Shown here: positions 50,831 to 64,000 of the stretch, piece after piece | Position numbering within the stretch: position 1 is the stretch's first letter | Layout of the letters: each line of letters begins with the position of its first letter | Assembly (NCBI GenBank): GCA_951406725.2 | Contig: OX597842.1 | Coordinates: 24,366,001 to 24,430,000 of the forward strand | Direction of reading: 5' to 3' | Length of the DNA: 64,000 bases | Source of the DNA: Octopus vulgaris | Taxonomy: Eukaryota | Notes under the pieces: model-generated | What the model was told of the DNA's origin: nothing | The model's input: only the letters and a program-made list of their open reading frames with translations | Database searches by the model: none | Program-made: the position numbers and the translations under genes

Positions 50831-51830
50831 TATACTTTACTCGGACCAGTCTATCTCTCACAAGGGGACATGATAACTCTCATCACAACAGGTGCCATTC
50901 TAACCAGATGCCCATCATAAATCCCTGCTTGGTGTCTGGTAAGAACCAGACCATGAAAACCTGCTCTACAGAATGATTTAGCAAAAAATAAGTATCATCC
51001 GTTGCAGGGGTTGAGCGGGGATGTGCTTGAACCATAGGTAGAGTGGGGCATTAGGCTCTTGAAAAATATTTCCCACTCTACACCCAAAACTGTGACAAAC
51101 AGCAATAAGCCTCCAGCTAGTGCCAGAATATGTGGGCAGTAGCACAAAGGGTGCAGATCCTGGGATCCCTGAGTGTGTCCAGCAGAGGATAACTGATCAT
51201 GGCTGGGAACTGGAGTGTAATACATTTGTGTCAAAATAATATATCCTCAAGAAAACAGAGAAAATTAATATAATCAATATTGTTTGAATAAAAAACACAA
51301 ATCGTAATTAGTGAGTTGATGCAAATGAGGAAAATGTGAAAAATGAATTTATTTTGTAAAAAGTAATACATTTGCTGTATTTTATTCAGCAGGACATCTG
51401 TTTTATCATTGATATTGTTATTGATCAATATGAATAAGTATATGTTTAGTTAAGGTAGATTATTGAGAGAATGACTTAGCACAGATTACACAGTCATAAG
51501 AATCTTCTCGTGTATGAATATGTTTGTGTTTAGTTTATTATTTCTCTCTATGAAAGAATGACTTGTCCCAGATGTCACAGTGATATGATTTCTCTCCTGT
51601 ATGAATGTATTTGTGATGAGTTCAATATTGTTCCACAGAGAATGATTTACCTCAGGTATCACAGCAATAGAGTTTCTCTCCTGTATGAATAGGTTTATAA
51701 GTATATACAGCATATTCCTGAGAGAATGATTTGCTGCAGACATCACAGTCACATAGTTTCTCTCCAGTATGAGCAGACTTGTAATTAAATATTTTCTTAA
51801 ACGGAATAATTTACTGCAGATACTACAGTG

Positions 51831-52293
<463 letters not shown>

Positions 52294-53154
52294 TATTCTT
52301 CTGCAGTATGCAACACCAAAATATATTTTTCTTTTCTTCTTTATAAATGTCTTTGTAGATTCAAATACTTCTACTGCTATATTTACAGCAAATCTGATCT
52401 TCTCGAATATCTGAAGATAATACAAAGACCTTCACAGATTTTTCCAAATTCAAACAGAATGTAAAATACTGGCAATGAAGAAAACAAACGTTCGTATTAA
52501 TTCCAAAGAAATATTTCACAGTTATTCACCATAGATTTGTAATAGAAACAGGGTTATATATATTATTTATAATATCTTCCATTAGTTTTCAAATGATGAT
52601 CAATATTCATGATGTATCTGATGTAAAATCTCCTTTATACCACAAACATCTCATATTCTGAAATGACACAGAAACAGTTGAAGATATAGGAAAGACTTGA
52701 AAAGCAGAGATTCAACTATAAAAAATATTACTACATTTTCATAATAATAAACTGTTTATATAAACCTTAACCCGAATAATTAGTCTCTATACACAGACTT
52801 CCGTTCCTTTGCCTTCAGATATTATGTAAAATGTTAAACTACAAAATATTGGACAATAACTTCCTACTATCTTCGGAAATGTGATAAGTCACTGTTGTTT
52901 AGCCCGGAATCATCCCTGGCTGAACAGGTCTATTAATGAAATTAGGTTGTGTTCACGACTTTTTAAAATAATAATAATGAAATTACTGTATACAGTGCTC
53001 AGGTGCACCACAACTTGTCTAAAGTGTGTATAAGGTATATGCAGTAATGTACAAATGTCTGGAAAGTGAACAGTATATGAGTTAGATACATGCTTGCGTG
53101 TGTATGGAGGGGAGAAAATCAGGTGTAGTGTTGGCGAATCTCAGGAAGCATGGA

Positions 53155-53410
53155 AAGAAGCCCGTCGTATATATGTGTACATGTATGTTTGTGTGTGTGC
53201 TTATGTGTCTGTGTTTGTCACCCTAACATCGCTGGACAACCAAATCTGGTGTGTTTACGTCCCCGTAACTTAGCGGTTCGGCAAAAGGGACCGAATAGAA
53301 TAAGTCCTAGGATTACAAAGAATAAGTCCTGGGGTCGATTTGCTCGACTGAAAGGTGGTGCTCCAGCATGGCCACAGTCAAATGACTGAAACAAGTAAAA
53401 GAGAGAAAAG
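53155..53410 (+). mobile_element. 5'-truncated SINE
   Basis: 3' half of the 9480 family. Confidence 0.75.
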
Positions 53411-53549
53411 AGATAACTATTAAAGCCAATCATTTTGACAAAATAAACAGCAAATAGTGATACGTAGCAAGTTATACCTCTATAATAAAGCGATAGACAG
53501 CTTCGAATGGACACAAGTAACAAATGGAATATCTACTGTAATAAAAGAA

Positions 53550-54226
53550 GGCGATCTTACGGTACAAATACCGGTGTACTTCCGGAAGTACCAGATACAT
53601 TTAAAAAATGGGTTAATATAGGGCGTAACAAATATCAGAAGATCAAAAAAAATGTGTGTAATAGGTGTAAAACAACTTCCTATGAACGAATATGAAAAAA
53701 AAATATTCCGAGGCCTCTCCCCCACCCCTCTTTCTCGAGAGCGCATTTTTTTTTTTCATATTCGTTTAGAGCAAGTTGTTTTACACATATTACACTATTT
53801 TTTTTTTGTTTTGGTGCCCGGGTCAGCCCCTCAGACGCTTTCGGAACTTCCCGATGTGAATTTTCCGAGGACTCTCCCCACCCCCCTTTCGCGTGCGCGA
53901 ATTTTTTTTTTCATATTCGTTCATAGGAAGTTGTTTTACACCTATTACACACATTTTTTTTTTGATTTTCTGATATTTGTTACGCCCTATATTAACCTTA
54001 GGGGGTGGTATGTGGCGATCCTTCGGTATATGTACACACGTGACTTTGTTTACATCTCTGAAGATTTGAGTTCCAGCGGTGGTGCCCCAGCATCACCGCG
54101 GCCTTCGGGAAAAAAACATTTATAAGGATTTTAATGATTTATAACAGAAACCCTAACCCTAACACCCCATATATAAAAAAAAACACTTTTTTGAAATGTA
54201 TCCGGTACTTATATCGTAACATCGCC
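53550..54226. mobile_element. GGCGATC-family Merlin-type MITE with near-perfect 8-bp TSD
   Basis: GGCGATCTTACG...CGTAACATCGCC flanked by TAAAAGAA / TAAAAGAC. Confidence 0.7.
53611..53997. mobile_element. Nested GGTTAA-family Merlin-type element
   Basis: ~90-bp TIRs GGTTAATATAGGGCGTAAC...GTTACGCCCTATATTAACC; internal repeats match 57130-57500. Confidence 0.75.
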
Positions 54227-54432
54227 TAAAAGACATCAAAAATTTGGTGTTTTTTCATCGACATACCAAGTAAAAATTAAGATTAGATTTTCTTGGCATT
54301 ATTCAAGAAGTTTAACGGAGAATGGAATTAATATCGAAATCAGATTAGCAACATTCAAAACGTTCACAATTGTCTGGAGTTTCCAATTAACCAGGGTCAT
54401 CGGATTTTACTACAAACAAAACATGTATTGTA

Positions 54433-54770
54433 TCTTACCTGTGATGATAAATAAATTAGTGTTTAATATGAATTAACGTTAATTACGGAAAGCATCGATC
54501 TGGCGGGAAATATAATTTAAAGGCACTTTAGAAAAACCGACACGGAACGTCAACGAAACGAACTAAAATCTGAATATTGTATCCGTCCTATTACTACGCA
54601 TTTGTCGGATGCTAAAACTGAAGTGGTAAATTTTTAATGGTTTTTATTGCTATAATTACGTTTACGAAATGTGAATTATAATGAAAAAACCCCGAATAAT
54701 GGCAAAAAATACAAAAGTATATGCTGACTACTTATTTTCAGGTTTTTTGCTACTCTTACGATCTCCTCTT
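54433..54770 (-). promoter_or_regulatory. Putative promoter and exon 1 of locus G (donor CAG|GTAAGA at 54439/54438)
   Basis: Conserved GTTCGTTTCGTTGACGTTCCGTGTCGG and CGTAAGAGTAGCAA blocks. Confidence 0.62.
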
Positions 54771-55095
54771 TAAACCTGTAGTGTCGTTCTTCGTTTATTT
54801 CTTTTTAAGGTTAAGGTGAGAAACCCGTGGGTTGTTTTCTAACCAATACCCAAGAAATTATGTAAAGCTGACTCGCAAAGTCTTATCCAATATTATTTTC
54901 ATTAAATCCAAATTCAATCGTTTAAAGAGTATTAGAAATAAAAACGGGAGAGACCTCCCTTAGTTTTATTTATTTCAATTTTCATCTAGTTTCAGCATAC
55001 GAGCTGTGGCCATGCTGGGGCACCGCCATTCTTTTTAAGAAGGCGTGTGATAAAAGGCATTTTTCTGATTTTTTCTCTGCTAAGAGTTTACTTGA

Positions 55096-55370
55096 TGAGA
55101 AGGACAAGTATTGAATTTTCTAACTAATTCTTCGAACTACTCTAGAAACAATTTAGTATCTTTTCGGTTTGACCGGCAGTTTTTTAACATAATTTCTAGG
55201 TAACTAAAAAATTTTAAACTTCGTATACTGGTAGAATGTGTTTATAAAACATATTTTTCTCTTGGCTTTATTGAGAAAATTCTAGTTTCTAAGATGTTTG
55301 TTGGTTTTTTATCGTCAATTTCTGTAATTTCAACCAATCAATGACGTCCATTGACGTAAACAACATTCTG
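55096..55370. mobile_element. Partial GGATCTTTTC-family MITE, followed by (ATGT)n to ~55440
   Basis: ATCTTTTCGGTTTGACCGGCAG end plus typical internal sequence. Confidence 0.65.
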
Positions 55371-55839
55371 TATGTATATATGAATGTATGTATGTATTAA
55401 TGTATGTGCGTATGTATGAATGTATGTATGTACGTATGTGTGGTGTGATGGACGAAGAGGACAACAGAAGGCGAAGCAACGAGAGGAAGAAATACAAAAG
55501 GCCTTACCTCGGCGAAGATCCGAGGTCTCTTACGAATTTGACACGTCCTGTCGCTTCCTCGTCTCTGCTCGAACTGTCCCTTCGTCGATGACCACACGTG
55601 CTGTCCTGCTTGACCTCTTCCGCCTCCTGCGACGCATGGGTTAGGCTTACACCGTAAACGGGTGGTGTGCGTATTCTTTACCCCCGCCTCTTCCATTGCA
55701 CAACTAAGTTACTGGAATATAAACAAACCAAAAATGGTTTTCGAACACTGATGCCTGCATGTTTCCCCCTATCCTCATCCAACATCACTCTCATAAGCTG
55801 GATTCGTTTCTTTCCGTCCCTGTAACTTACGGGTTCGAC

Positions 55840-56170
55840 GACAGAACAGCGTAAAAGTAGCAATCGACTGGAAAATAAGCTTTAGTTTTGTATCTTTTGC
55901 CATCATTTGGATTTTTTCTTACAATTCAAAATTTTAAATAGTAATTATAGCAATAATAAAACATAAAAAATTTACCAACTCAGTTTTATCATCCGACAAA
56001 TGTGTAGTAATACGCGGCATACGACATCAGGATATTTTAGTTCGTTTCGTTGAGTTTCCATGCCGACTTTTATAGTGTGTTTAAACTATATTCCCGTTAA
56101 TTGCTCTTTTGTGTAATTCACATTAATCTAATTATCGTAACATATGATCTATTTATCAAAACAGGTAAGA
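55840..56170 (+). promoter_or_regulatory. Putative promoter and exon 1 of locus H (donor CAG|GTAAGA at 56164/56165)
   Basis: CGTAAAAGTAGCAA and GTTCGTTTCGTTGAG blocks, homologous to E and G. Confidence 0.62.
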
Positions 56171-56280
56171 TGTAATATATATTTTATTTTTTAGCAGAAG
56201 CCGATTAACCTGGCTAATTCGAAACTCCAAACAAAAGTAAAAAGTTTTAAAAGTTGCTAGTTTGACATCGATGTTAATTC

Positions 56281-56396
56281 GGTTAAACTAAAGGAAGTTT
56301 AGAAGCCATCCATGGCTAACCACATTGTGTTGTTTTACACCTATTACACACATTTTTTTTTTGTTTCTTTGAATGGTGTAACGCTTTAGTTTAACC
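56281..56396. mobile_element. 116-bp Merlin-type mini element
   Basis: GGTTAAACTAAAG...CTTTAGTTTAACC. Confidence 0.75.
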
Positions 56397-57086
56397 CCTC
56401 CACCTTCAGATATTATGGAAAATGTTAAACTACAAAACGGTGGACAATAATATTCTACTATCTTCAGAAACGTGGCAACTCACTGTTGTTTAGTTCAAGG
56501 TCACCCCTAACTGAGCAGACCTCTTAATGAAATTCGCTTGTGTTCCCGACTGTCCTGACTTTTAGAATACATCAAACATAAACACAACTATAATTTAAAC
56601 ACCAACCCACCACGACTTTTCCTTCTGTAACCTTATTAATAATGTAAATCTTTTAAAGAAATTCTGCATTCACATGTGTTGAAGGTCTGGATCATAAATA
56701 CGTTTGTGTATTCGTTTCTTTTCAAGTTTAAGCCATTTGCTGATTCTGTCTACGAAAAGGTGTATCTTGTTTTATCATCGCGGTACCACTGGCCTCATGT
56801 TGCAGTCAGCTATTTATGTTTTATTAGATTGCAGATTATTCACAGGAGCAAAAATCAGACATAATTAACGTGGATTATTTCGACAGGAACAGCAAATATA
56901 GATGTTTAGCAAATAATACCTCTATGATAAATCAATAGACGGCTTTGAATCGACACAGTCAGCAAATGGAATATCTACTGTAATAAAAAAAAAGCTAAAA
57001 ATTTGGGTGCTTTTTCATGGCCATGCCAAGTAAAATCCATATTTTCTTGGCTTAATTAAAGACATTTATTGGCGAATAGAATTAAC

Positions 57087-58057
57087 GGTTAAACTAAAGC
57101 GTTACACCATTCAAAGAAACAAAAAAAAATATGAACGAATATGAAAAAAAATGCGCGCACGCGTAAGGGGAGTGGGGGAGAGGCCTCGGAAAATTCACAT
57201 CGGGAATTTCCGAAAGCGTCTGAGGGGCTGACCCGGGCACCAAAACAAAAAAAAAATAGTGTAATATGTGTAAAACAACTTGCTCTCAACGAATATGACA
57301 ACAAAAAAATGCGCCCTCGCGAAAGAGGGGTGGGGGAGAACCCTGGGAAAATTTACATCGGGAATTTCCGAAACCGTCTGACCCGGGCACAAAAACAAAA
57401 ATAGCGTAATAGGTGTAAAACAACATGCTCTAAACGAATATGATAAAAAAAAATACGCGCTCGCGAAAGGGGGTGGGGGAGAGGCTTCGGAAATTTCACA
57501 TCTTCAGTCCACGGCCTTTAAACTAAGAAAAAATAGTGTAATTGGTGTAAAACTACGTGTTCTAAACGAGTATCAAGAACACACACTCACACATGAATCA
57601 TAAACTCCGTATTTTTGTACATATTTCGCAAAAAAAAAAAAGAAAAGAAATTCTGGAAAAAGTGAAGAAATGTTGGATCTCCGCCATATGAATCAAAATA
57701 CGTGTCAGAAACATCTTGAAATACTACAGAAATTATGTTACGAAAATGATAATGTATACATACCTCTTTGAGTGGTCCATCGACAGTGATGATAAAGAAA
57801 TGAGATGGGTTGGAGGAAAAAATTATCTCGGGCCAGGATAAAGACTTGCTGCTGCCAATAAGAATACGTGTATTCTCTTGGCAGCAGGTTTGATGCTTTC
57901 CATGAATAGGAACTTGGAGAGGTATTGCTTTAAGTAACAGGCACGAATGCCTGGGCGAACAACTGATCTCTTAACTGACACCCACAATCTCTCTATCTTC
58001 TGTATGTGCACCGACGCATTTGTCGGATCAACAAAATTTTCACTGTGGTTGATGCCT
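57087..58057 (-). mobile_element. Merlin (IS1016/ISXO2-like) transposon 3' part with transposase C-terminal fragment
   Basis: 57823-58057 (minus) translates GINHSENFVDPTNASVHIQKIERLWVSVKR...YLKQYL..FLF, matching the NHS..FVDP....HT..IE..W motif; TIR at 57087; subterminal ~130-bp tandem repeats. Confidence 0.8.
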
Positions 58058-58761
58058 TATAACTTAACACACTCATCGGTAAAATTTTGCAGTTATTTCT
58101 TACTTATTTCCTTTTTTCCTAAAATTTCCGTTGCGTCTTGCAACCTTTTCAATAGTTTTGACTCTGTCCGTTATTTACACTGCTTTTCCTTTTGTTTGTT
58201 TGGGTGCATTGAAACTAAACTAGAGAAAGTATTAGATTTATGACTCAGGTCATTATAGACGAAAGTAATATCTTGTGTCATGAGTATCATTTTAAAGTGT
58301 AATTTATTCGGGCAACAGTTTATATCCACAGTTTATCATTATGAAAATGTAGTTATAATTTTTATTGTTAAACCTTTGCTTTTTAAGTCTTTCCTATATC
58401 TTTTACTGTTTCTATGTCATTTCAGATACTCGTATAAAGGAGTTTTACGTGAGATACATCATGAATATTGATCATGTTTTGAAAACGAACGTCAGCCGTT
58501 ATAAATAATAGATAATAACTCTGTTTATATAATATATCTATGGTGAATAACGGTGAAATATTTCTTCTGAATTGATAGCAACATTTGTTTTCCTCATTGC
58601 CAGGAATATTTACAAAAGTATTGCATATTCAGTTTGAATGTGAGAAAATCTGGAAAGGTGTTTGTATCATTTTCAGATATTCAAGATCAGATTTGCTGTA
58701 GAAGATATATATAAAGAAGAAGGGGAAAATATATTTTCTGTCTGTATACTATAGAACAATA

Positions 58762-59982
58762 ATGAATGGTCTGGAGATGTTAAATGAAAGAGAAAAGTTA
58801 TCAAGCCAATGTGATATCTGTAAAAAGACTTTTTCTAATAAGGGAAATCTCACTGTTCACAAATTCATTCATGCAGGGGGGAAACAATATCATTGTGATA
58901 TCTGTGGTAAATCATTCTCTCAAAAAAGTCACCTTACTCATCACAAATACACTCATACTGGGGAGAAACCATATCAGTGTGATATTTGTGGTAAATCATT
59001 CTCTCAAAAGACTGTCCTTTCTTATCACAAATCTGTTCATACTGGAGAGAAACCATATCACTGTGATATCTGTGGTAAATCATTCTCTACAAAATATAAT
59101 TTTACTAAACACAAATACATTCATACAAGAGAGAAACCAAATCAATGTCGTATTTGCGGTAAATCATTCTCTCATAGAAGTTCCCTTGATTCTCACACAC
59201 ACATTCATACAGGAGAGAAACCACATCAGTGTGATGTTTGTGGTAAATCATTCTCTCAAAAAAGTAGCCTTAATAATCACAAATATATTCACACAGGTGA
59301 GAAACCATATCAGTGTGATATCTGTGATAAATCCTTTTCATTAAAAAGTTATTTCACTACTCACAAATCCATTCATACAGGAGAGAAACCATATCGATGT
59401 GATATTTGTGGTAAATCATTCTCTCAAAAAAGTCACCTTTCTTCTCACAAATCCATTCATACAGGAGAGAAACCATATCGATGTGATATTTGTGGTAAAT
59501 CATTCACTCAGAAATGTAGCCTCACTCATCACAAATACACTCATACTGGAGAGAAACCATATCACTGTGATATTTGTGGTAAATCATTCTCTCAAAAGAC
59601 TGCCCTTTCTTATCACAAAGTCGTACATACTGGAGAGAAACCATATCACTGTGATATCTGTGGTAAATCATTCCCTAAAAAATATAACCTTACTAAACAC
59701 AAAGCCATACATACAGGAGAGAAACCATATCACTGTGATATTTGTGGTAAATCATTCTGTCATACGAGTAGCCTTGATTCTCACAAACACATTCATACAG
59801 GAGAGAAACCACATCACTGCGATATTTGTGGTAAATCATTCTCTCAAAAAAGTTACCTTGATTCTCACAAATCAGTTCATACAGGTGAGAAACCATATCG
59901 GTGCTATATCTGTGGTAAATCATTCTCTCAGAAGAGGTACTTAAATAGACACAAATGCATTAATACAGGGGACAAACCATAG
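58762..59982 (+). CDS. C2H2 zinc-finger protein, locus H (14 fingers, intact); degenerate fingers continue to ~60360
   Basis: 406-aa ATG-initiated ORF; acceptor TTTCAG| at 58425. Confidence 0.9.
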   Translation: MNGLEMLNEREKLSSQCDICKKTFSNKGNLTVHKFIHAGGKQYHCDICGKSFSQKSHLTHHKYTHTGEKPYQCDICGKSFSQKTVLSYHKSVHTGEKPYHCDICGKSFSTKYNFTKHKYIHTREKPNQCRICGKSFSHRSSLDSHTHIHTGEKPHQCDVCGKSFSQKSSLNNHKYIHTGEKPYQCDICDKSFSLKSYFTTHKSIHTGEKPYRCDICGKSFSQKSHLSSHKSIHTGEKPYRCDICGKSFTQKCSLTHHKYTHTGEKPYHCDICGKSFSQKTALSYHKVVHTGEKPYHCDICGKSFPKKYNLTKHKAIHTGEKPYHCDICGKSFCHTSSLDSHKHIHTGEKPHHCDICGKSFSQKSYLDSHKSVHTGEKPYRCYICGKSFSQKRYLNRHKCINTGDKP

Positions 59983-62900
59983 CACTGTAGTATCTGCAGT
60001 AAATTATTCCGTTTAAGAAAATATTTAATTAATTACAAGTCTGCTCATACTGGAGAGAAACTATGTGACTGTGATGTCTGCAGCAAATCATTCTATTGTG
60101 AATATGCTGTATATACTTATAAACGTATTCATACAGGAGAGAAACTCTATTGCTGTGATACCTGAGGTAAATCATTCTCTGTGGAACAATATTGAACTCA
60201 TCACAAATACATTCATACAGGAGAGAAATCATATCACTGTGACATCTGGGACAAGTCATTCTTTCATAGAGAGAAATAATAAACTAAACACAAACATATT
60301 CATACAGGAGAAGATTCTGATGACTGTGTAATCTGTGCTAAGTCATTCTCTCAATAATCTACCTTAACTAAACATATACTTATTCATATTGATCAATAAC
60401 AATATCAATGATAAAACAGATGTCCTGCTGAATAAAATACAGCAAATGTATTACTTTTTACAAAATAAATTCATTTTTCACATTTTCCTCATTTGCATCA
60501 ACTCACTAATTACGATTTGTGTTTTTTATTCAAACAATATTGATTATATTAATTTGCTCTGTTTTCTTGAGGATATATTATTTTGACACAAATGTATTAC
60601 ACTCCAGTTCCCAGCCGTGATCAGTTATCCTCTGCTGGACACACTCAGGGATCCCAGGATCTGCACCCTTTGTGCTACTGCCCACATATTCTGGCACTAG
60701 CTGGAGGCTTATTGCTGTTTGTCACAGTTTTGGGTGTAGAGTGGGAAATATTTTTCAAGAGCCTAATGCCCCACTCTACCTATGGTTCAAGCACATCCCC
60801 GCTCAACCCATGCAAGTGATTATCATCATACTTATTTTTTGATAAATCATTCTGTAGAGCAGGTTTTCATAGTCTTGTTCTTACCAGACACCAAGCAGGG
60901 ATTTATGATGGGCATCTGGTTAGAATGGCACCTGTTGTGATGAGAGTTACCATGTCCCCTTGTGAGAGATAGATTGGTTCGAGTAAAGTATAAATAGTAA
61001 CGATCTGAGTGAGTTTGCGGTTCAGAGTCAAGTGAAGTTGGAAGGTGTCGCTTGGTTTACTTCCTAAGGAATATTGAATGTTGGTTCGTAAAAGATTTGT
61101 TAGTTCATTAGATTGTTGTTACAATTTTCTGGTTATCTTATTTATTGTATGGAACAATTATGTTACAACATCTGGCGATGAGTGTTTCGAAGCTCTTGCA
61201 GGTCAGTTAACAAATTTTTGTGATACAAAATTGTTAAATCATGGAAGACTAATTAGCTTCTTTAAAACTGTTGCAAAATCAACGACAAAGGCAGCAACAA
61301 CAACAATTATTGGAGTTTTATTCAAAGAAGTCCAAAAATAAGGGAAGTACATTTTTGCCAGACGACATTTTGGACTCAATGAATCCAGTTATAACCCTGA
61401 GGACAGTATAACTGTTGCATTGTACTACAGCAGGTAATTTTTAAGGAAGATTGTAAGACATGGTCAGACACAGAAAAAGTAAGGTTATTATGACATAAAT
61501 GAGCCCCATCTGAATGTGAACATTACTTTAATTTCATATTACCCCAAAAAACTCAATGAAATTTGTTTTAAAGAAACAATAGAATTACTGTCTAACATAT
61601 TTGGTGATAAAACTTCTCTAACACTTGGATGGTGTGTTGGAATATAATGAAAAAAGAGGATGGTGATTTTATCACATACGCAGGAACAATTAACAGAATG
61701 TGTGAATATTTTTAAACTCAGAGAATTTACACCTGAGATGTTCAGGTGTCTTCTTTTGGTAAAAGGCCTTACAACAACTGAAAATACAGAAATTCACACT
61801 GCAGAACTAAATTCTGAAGATCAACCATTAAAGATCCTAGAGGGCTCTCAACAGAAACAAAATTCAACTCCCAAATAAGAAAATTTGTACACGTAAAAAT
61901 GATTGGAATAAATATTAAACTTCAGTTCGATACTGGAAATGATATTTCAATAATAAATATGGATACATGAAAGGAAATAGGGGAACCTATCTATTTTACA
62001 TGTTTCAGGCATTTGACAGTGGCCATGCTGGAGCACATAGACCCAGGACTTATTCTTTGTAAGCCAAGTACTTATTCTATCGGTCACTTTTGCTGAACTG
62101 CTAAGTTATGCTGGACGTAAACACACCAGCATCGATTGTCAAGCGATGTTTGGGGGACAAACATATACACACACATATATACGATGGACTTCTTTCAGTT
62201 TCTGTCTACCAAATCCACCCACAAGGCTTTGGTGGGCCCGAGGCTATAGTAGAAGACACTTATCCAAAGTGCTACACAGTGAGACTGAACCTGGGACCAT
62301 GTGGTTGGTAAGCAAGCTACTTACCACACAGCCACTCCCACGCCTATATGTACACATTACACAAGATATTGTTTGCTTTTTTCTCTGTTGTCTGTATTAA
62401 AGAAATATTTTCAAATTATTTCACTTTAATAGAATTTATTATTTCTTTAGCTTGTATTAAATAATTTTGACCTCATAACCCATTAAAATAATTGCATTAT
62501 CTTTTTAACTTATCTCTCTGTTTTTATATATTATGTTGGGTGTGTAGGCATGTATAAATATATATATAGAGAGAGATTTTAAAAGTGTCCCATATATATG
62601 GTTTTCTAATTTGGCAACCCTATCCAAATGTGTCCCTTATGAGCCTATACAATTGATGATACAGCATAGAATTCACACTTGATCAATGTTTGATAAGTTA
62701 CACATTTCTCCAAACTGATCTATAATAAATGTTTGTTTTGAAGTTATATAATTTGTTGATATTATTTAATATACAAAATACTTGGTGTTAGATGCTAAGA
62801 TACAGTGATGAGAGATAAACGAAGGGATAAGCTTGTTCATTAAATGCTAATGATGGTGGTTATCTAGTGAATATGTGATGGAGCCATTGAGTAGATGGTA

Positions 62901-64000
62901 ACCATGTGAGAGGAGTGTGAAGGAAATATATTTCCCAGTCACTGATGAAATGTTAAAATAACACAATGGTAGGAAATTTCTCAAGAGAGCTGAACAGTGG
63001 AAGGTCTTCGGAGAGGAAACCCTACTCAGGCAAGATCCAGAGGTAATGCGTTGACATATGAGGTTAATTGAAGGAAAAGCTTGTAACATCAGATGAACAT
63101 ATTTTGGGACCACGTCTCAAAGCAAAATAAGGCGAACACATGCACTTGCGGGTGTGTATGTGCGTGACCTGAGTCAATGCATGTCTAGGAGTCAGAAGTC
63201 AACGCAAGGGTGGCACAAAATTAGAATGTTCCGCTTTATATTAGGGATAAACCAGAAGTCCCTGACTGCTATGTCACCTGGAAGTTTATAGGAAGCTTCT
63301 AAAATATTCAAGAAGGTCGAGGGCGATTACTCTTCTTAAATCTCATTTTCATTTTGCTTTCCTGTCTAACCGCCAGGGGTCACTCAGGCTTTAGTTATAC
63401 AAGGTGGTGAGCTGGCAGAAACGTTAGCACGCCGGGCGAAATGCGTAGCCATATTTCATCTGCCGTTATCTTCTGAGTTCAAATTCCGAGGTCGACTTTG
63501 CCCTTCATCCTTTCGGGGTCGATATAACGGACTTAACCCATGCGTCTGTCCTCTCTGTTTTTAGCCCCTTGTGGGTAATAAAGAAATAAGTTATGCAAGA
63601 TTCCCTTGATTGTGTCGAGAATGATGAAAATTTGTGTGGGCCTCTGAGCAGGTATTGCCCTGAGTTTGGCAAAATCTGATGCAGATTCTCTGCTCAACTT
63701 TCTCTATCTTGCTCAATGTGACAATCACACGCTACACACCTTCCTTCCAAGCATTGCTGCAAACAGCAGAAGAGAGCTAGAATGTTAACACTTAGTGTGA
63801 ATGGACAGCAGAGTTTAGAGTCAATCTTTCCCAAGTGGCTTCACTCTATGTACCTTAGCTTCGTTGCTATAGCAACAGTCTGCATATATGTACGTATATA
63901 TGTATGCCATTGTTCAGTTTTATTTCAAAATTACTTGCCAATAGAGAAAGAGCCAATTCCTAACCTAAATCCAAGGATCCTTCATTGGAATTTCACCATC
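59540..64000. repeat. Inverted segmental duplication arm pairing with ~47801-52090
   Basis: Shared ORF-track entries on opposite strands (e.g. 50482-50745 vs 61078-61341); the window end is the reverse complement of 47801-47810. Confidence 0.9.
60995..61950 (+). mobile_element. Gypsy-like LTR retrotransposon remnant (duplicate of 49870-50830)
   Basis: TGTTACAACATCTGGCGATGAG at 61161-61182; decayed gag downstream. Confidence 0.6.

Overview
AT-rich animal genomic DNA. It is most likely an octopus (coleoid cephalopod), inferred from the tRNA-derived SINE families and the style of the KRAB-less poly-C2H2 genes. The window is a cluster of eight paralogous C2H2 zinc-finger loci, labelled A-H here: A, B, C (minus), D, E, F (plus), G (minus), H (plus), plus three finger remnants. 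The shared architecture is a conserved promoter/non-coding exon 1, one intron, and one coding exon with 5-19 TGEKPY-linked fingers. B, C, D, F and H have intact ORFs; A, E and G are frameshifted. The cluster is a mosaic of direct and inverted segmental duplications, densely filled with transposons. These include a 6.1-kb defective Helitron inserted into exon 1 of locus E, a composite non-autonomous Helitron carrying a mariner fragment, several Merlin/IS1016-type MITE families (GG..CC ends, 8-bp TSD, some with CCCTAA repeats), a Merlin transposase fragment beside an inversion, piggyBac-like MITEs, RTE/CR1/RLE LINE scraps, a Gypsy gag remnant and SINEs. Most notable observations: repeated TE hits at one spot in exon 1, long foldback palindromes just after ZNF stop codons, a shared amber stop in a finger linker, a promoter-less but intact gene B, and a possibly decayed N-terminal domain in the 5' leaders. 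All alignments were made by eye, so repeat and duplication boundaries are approximate.
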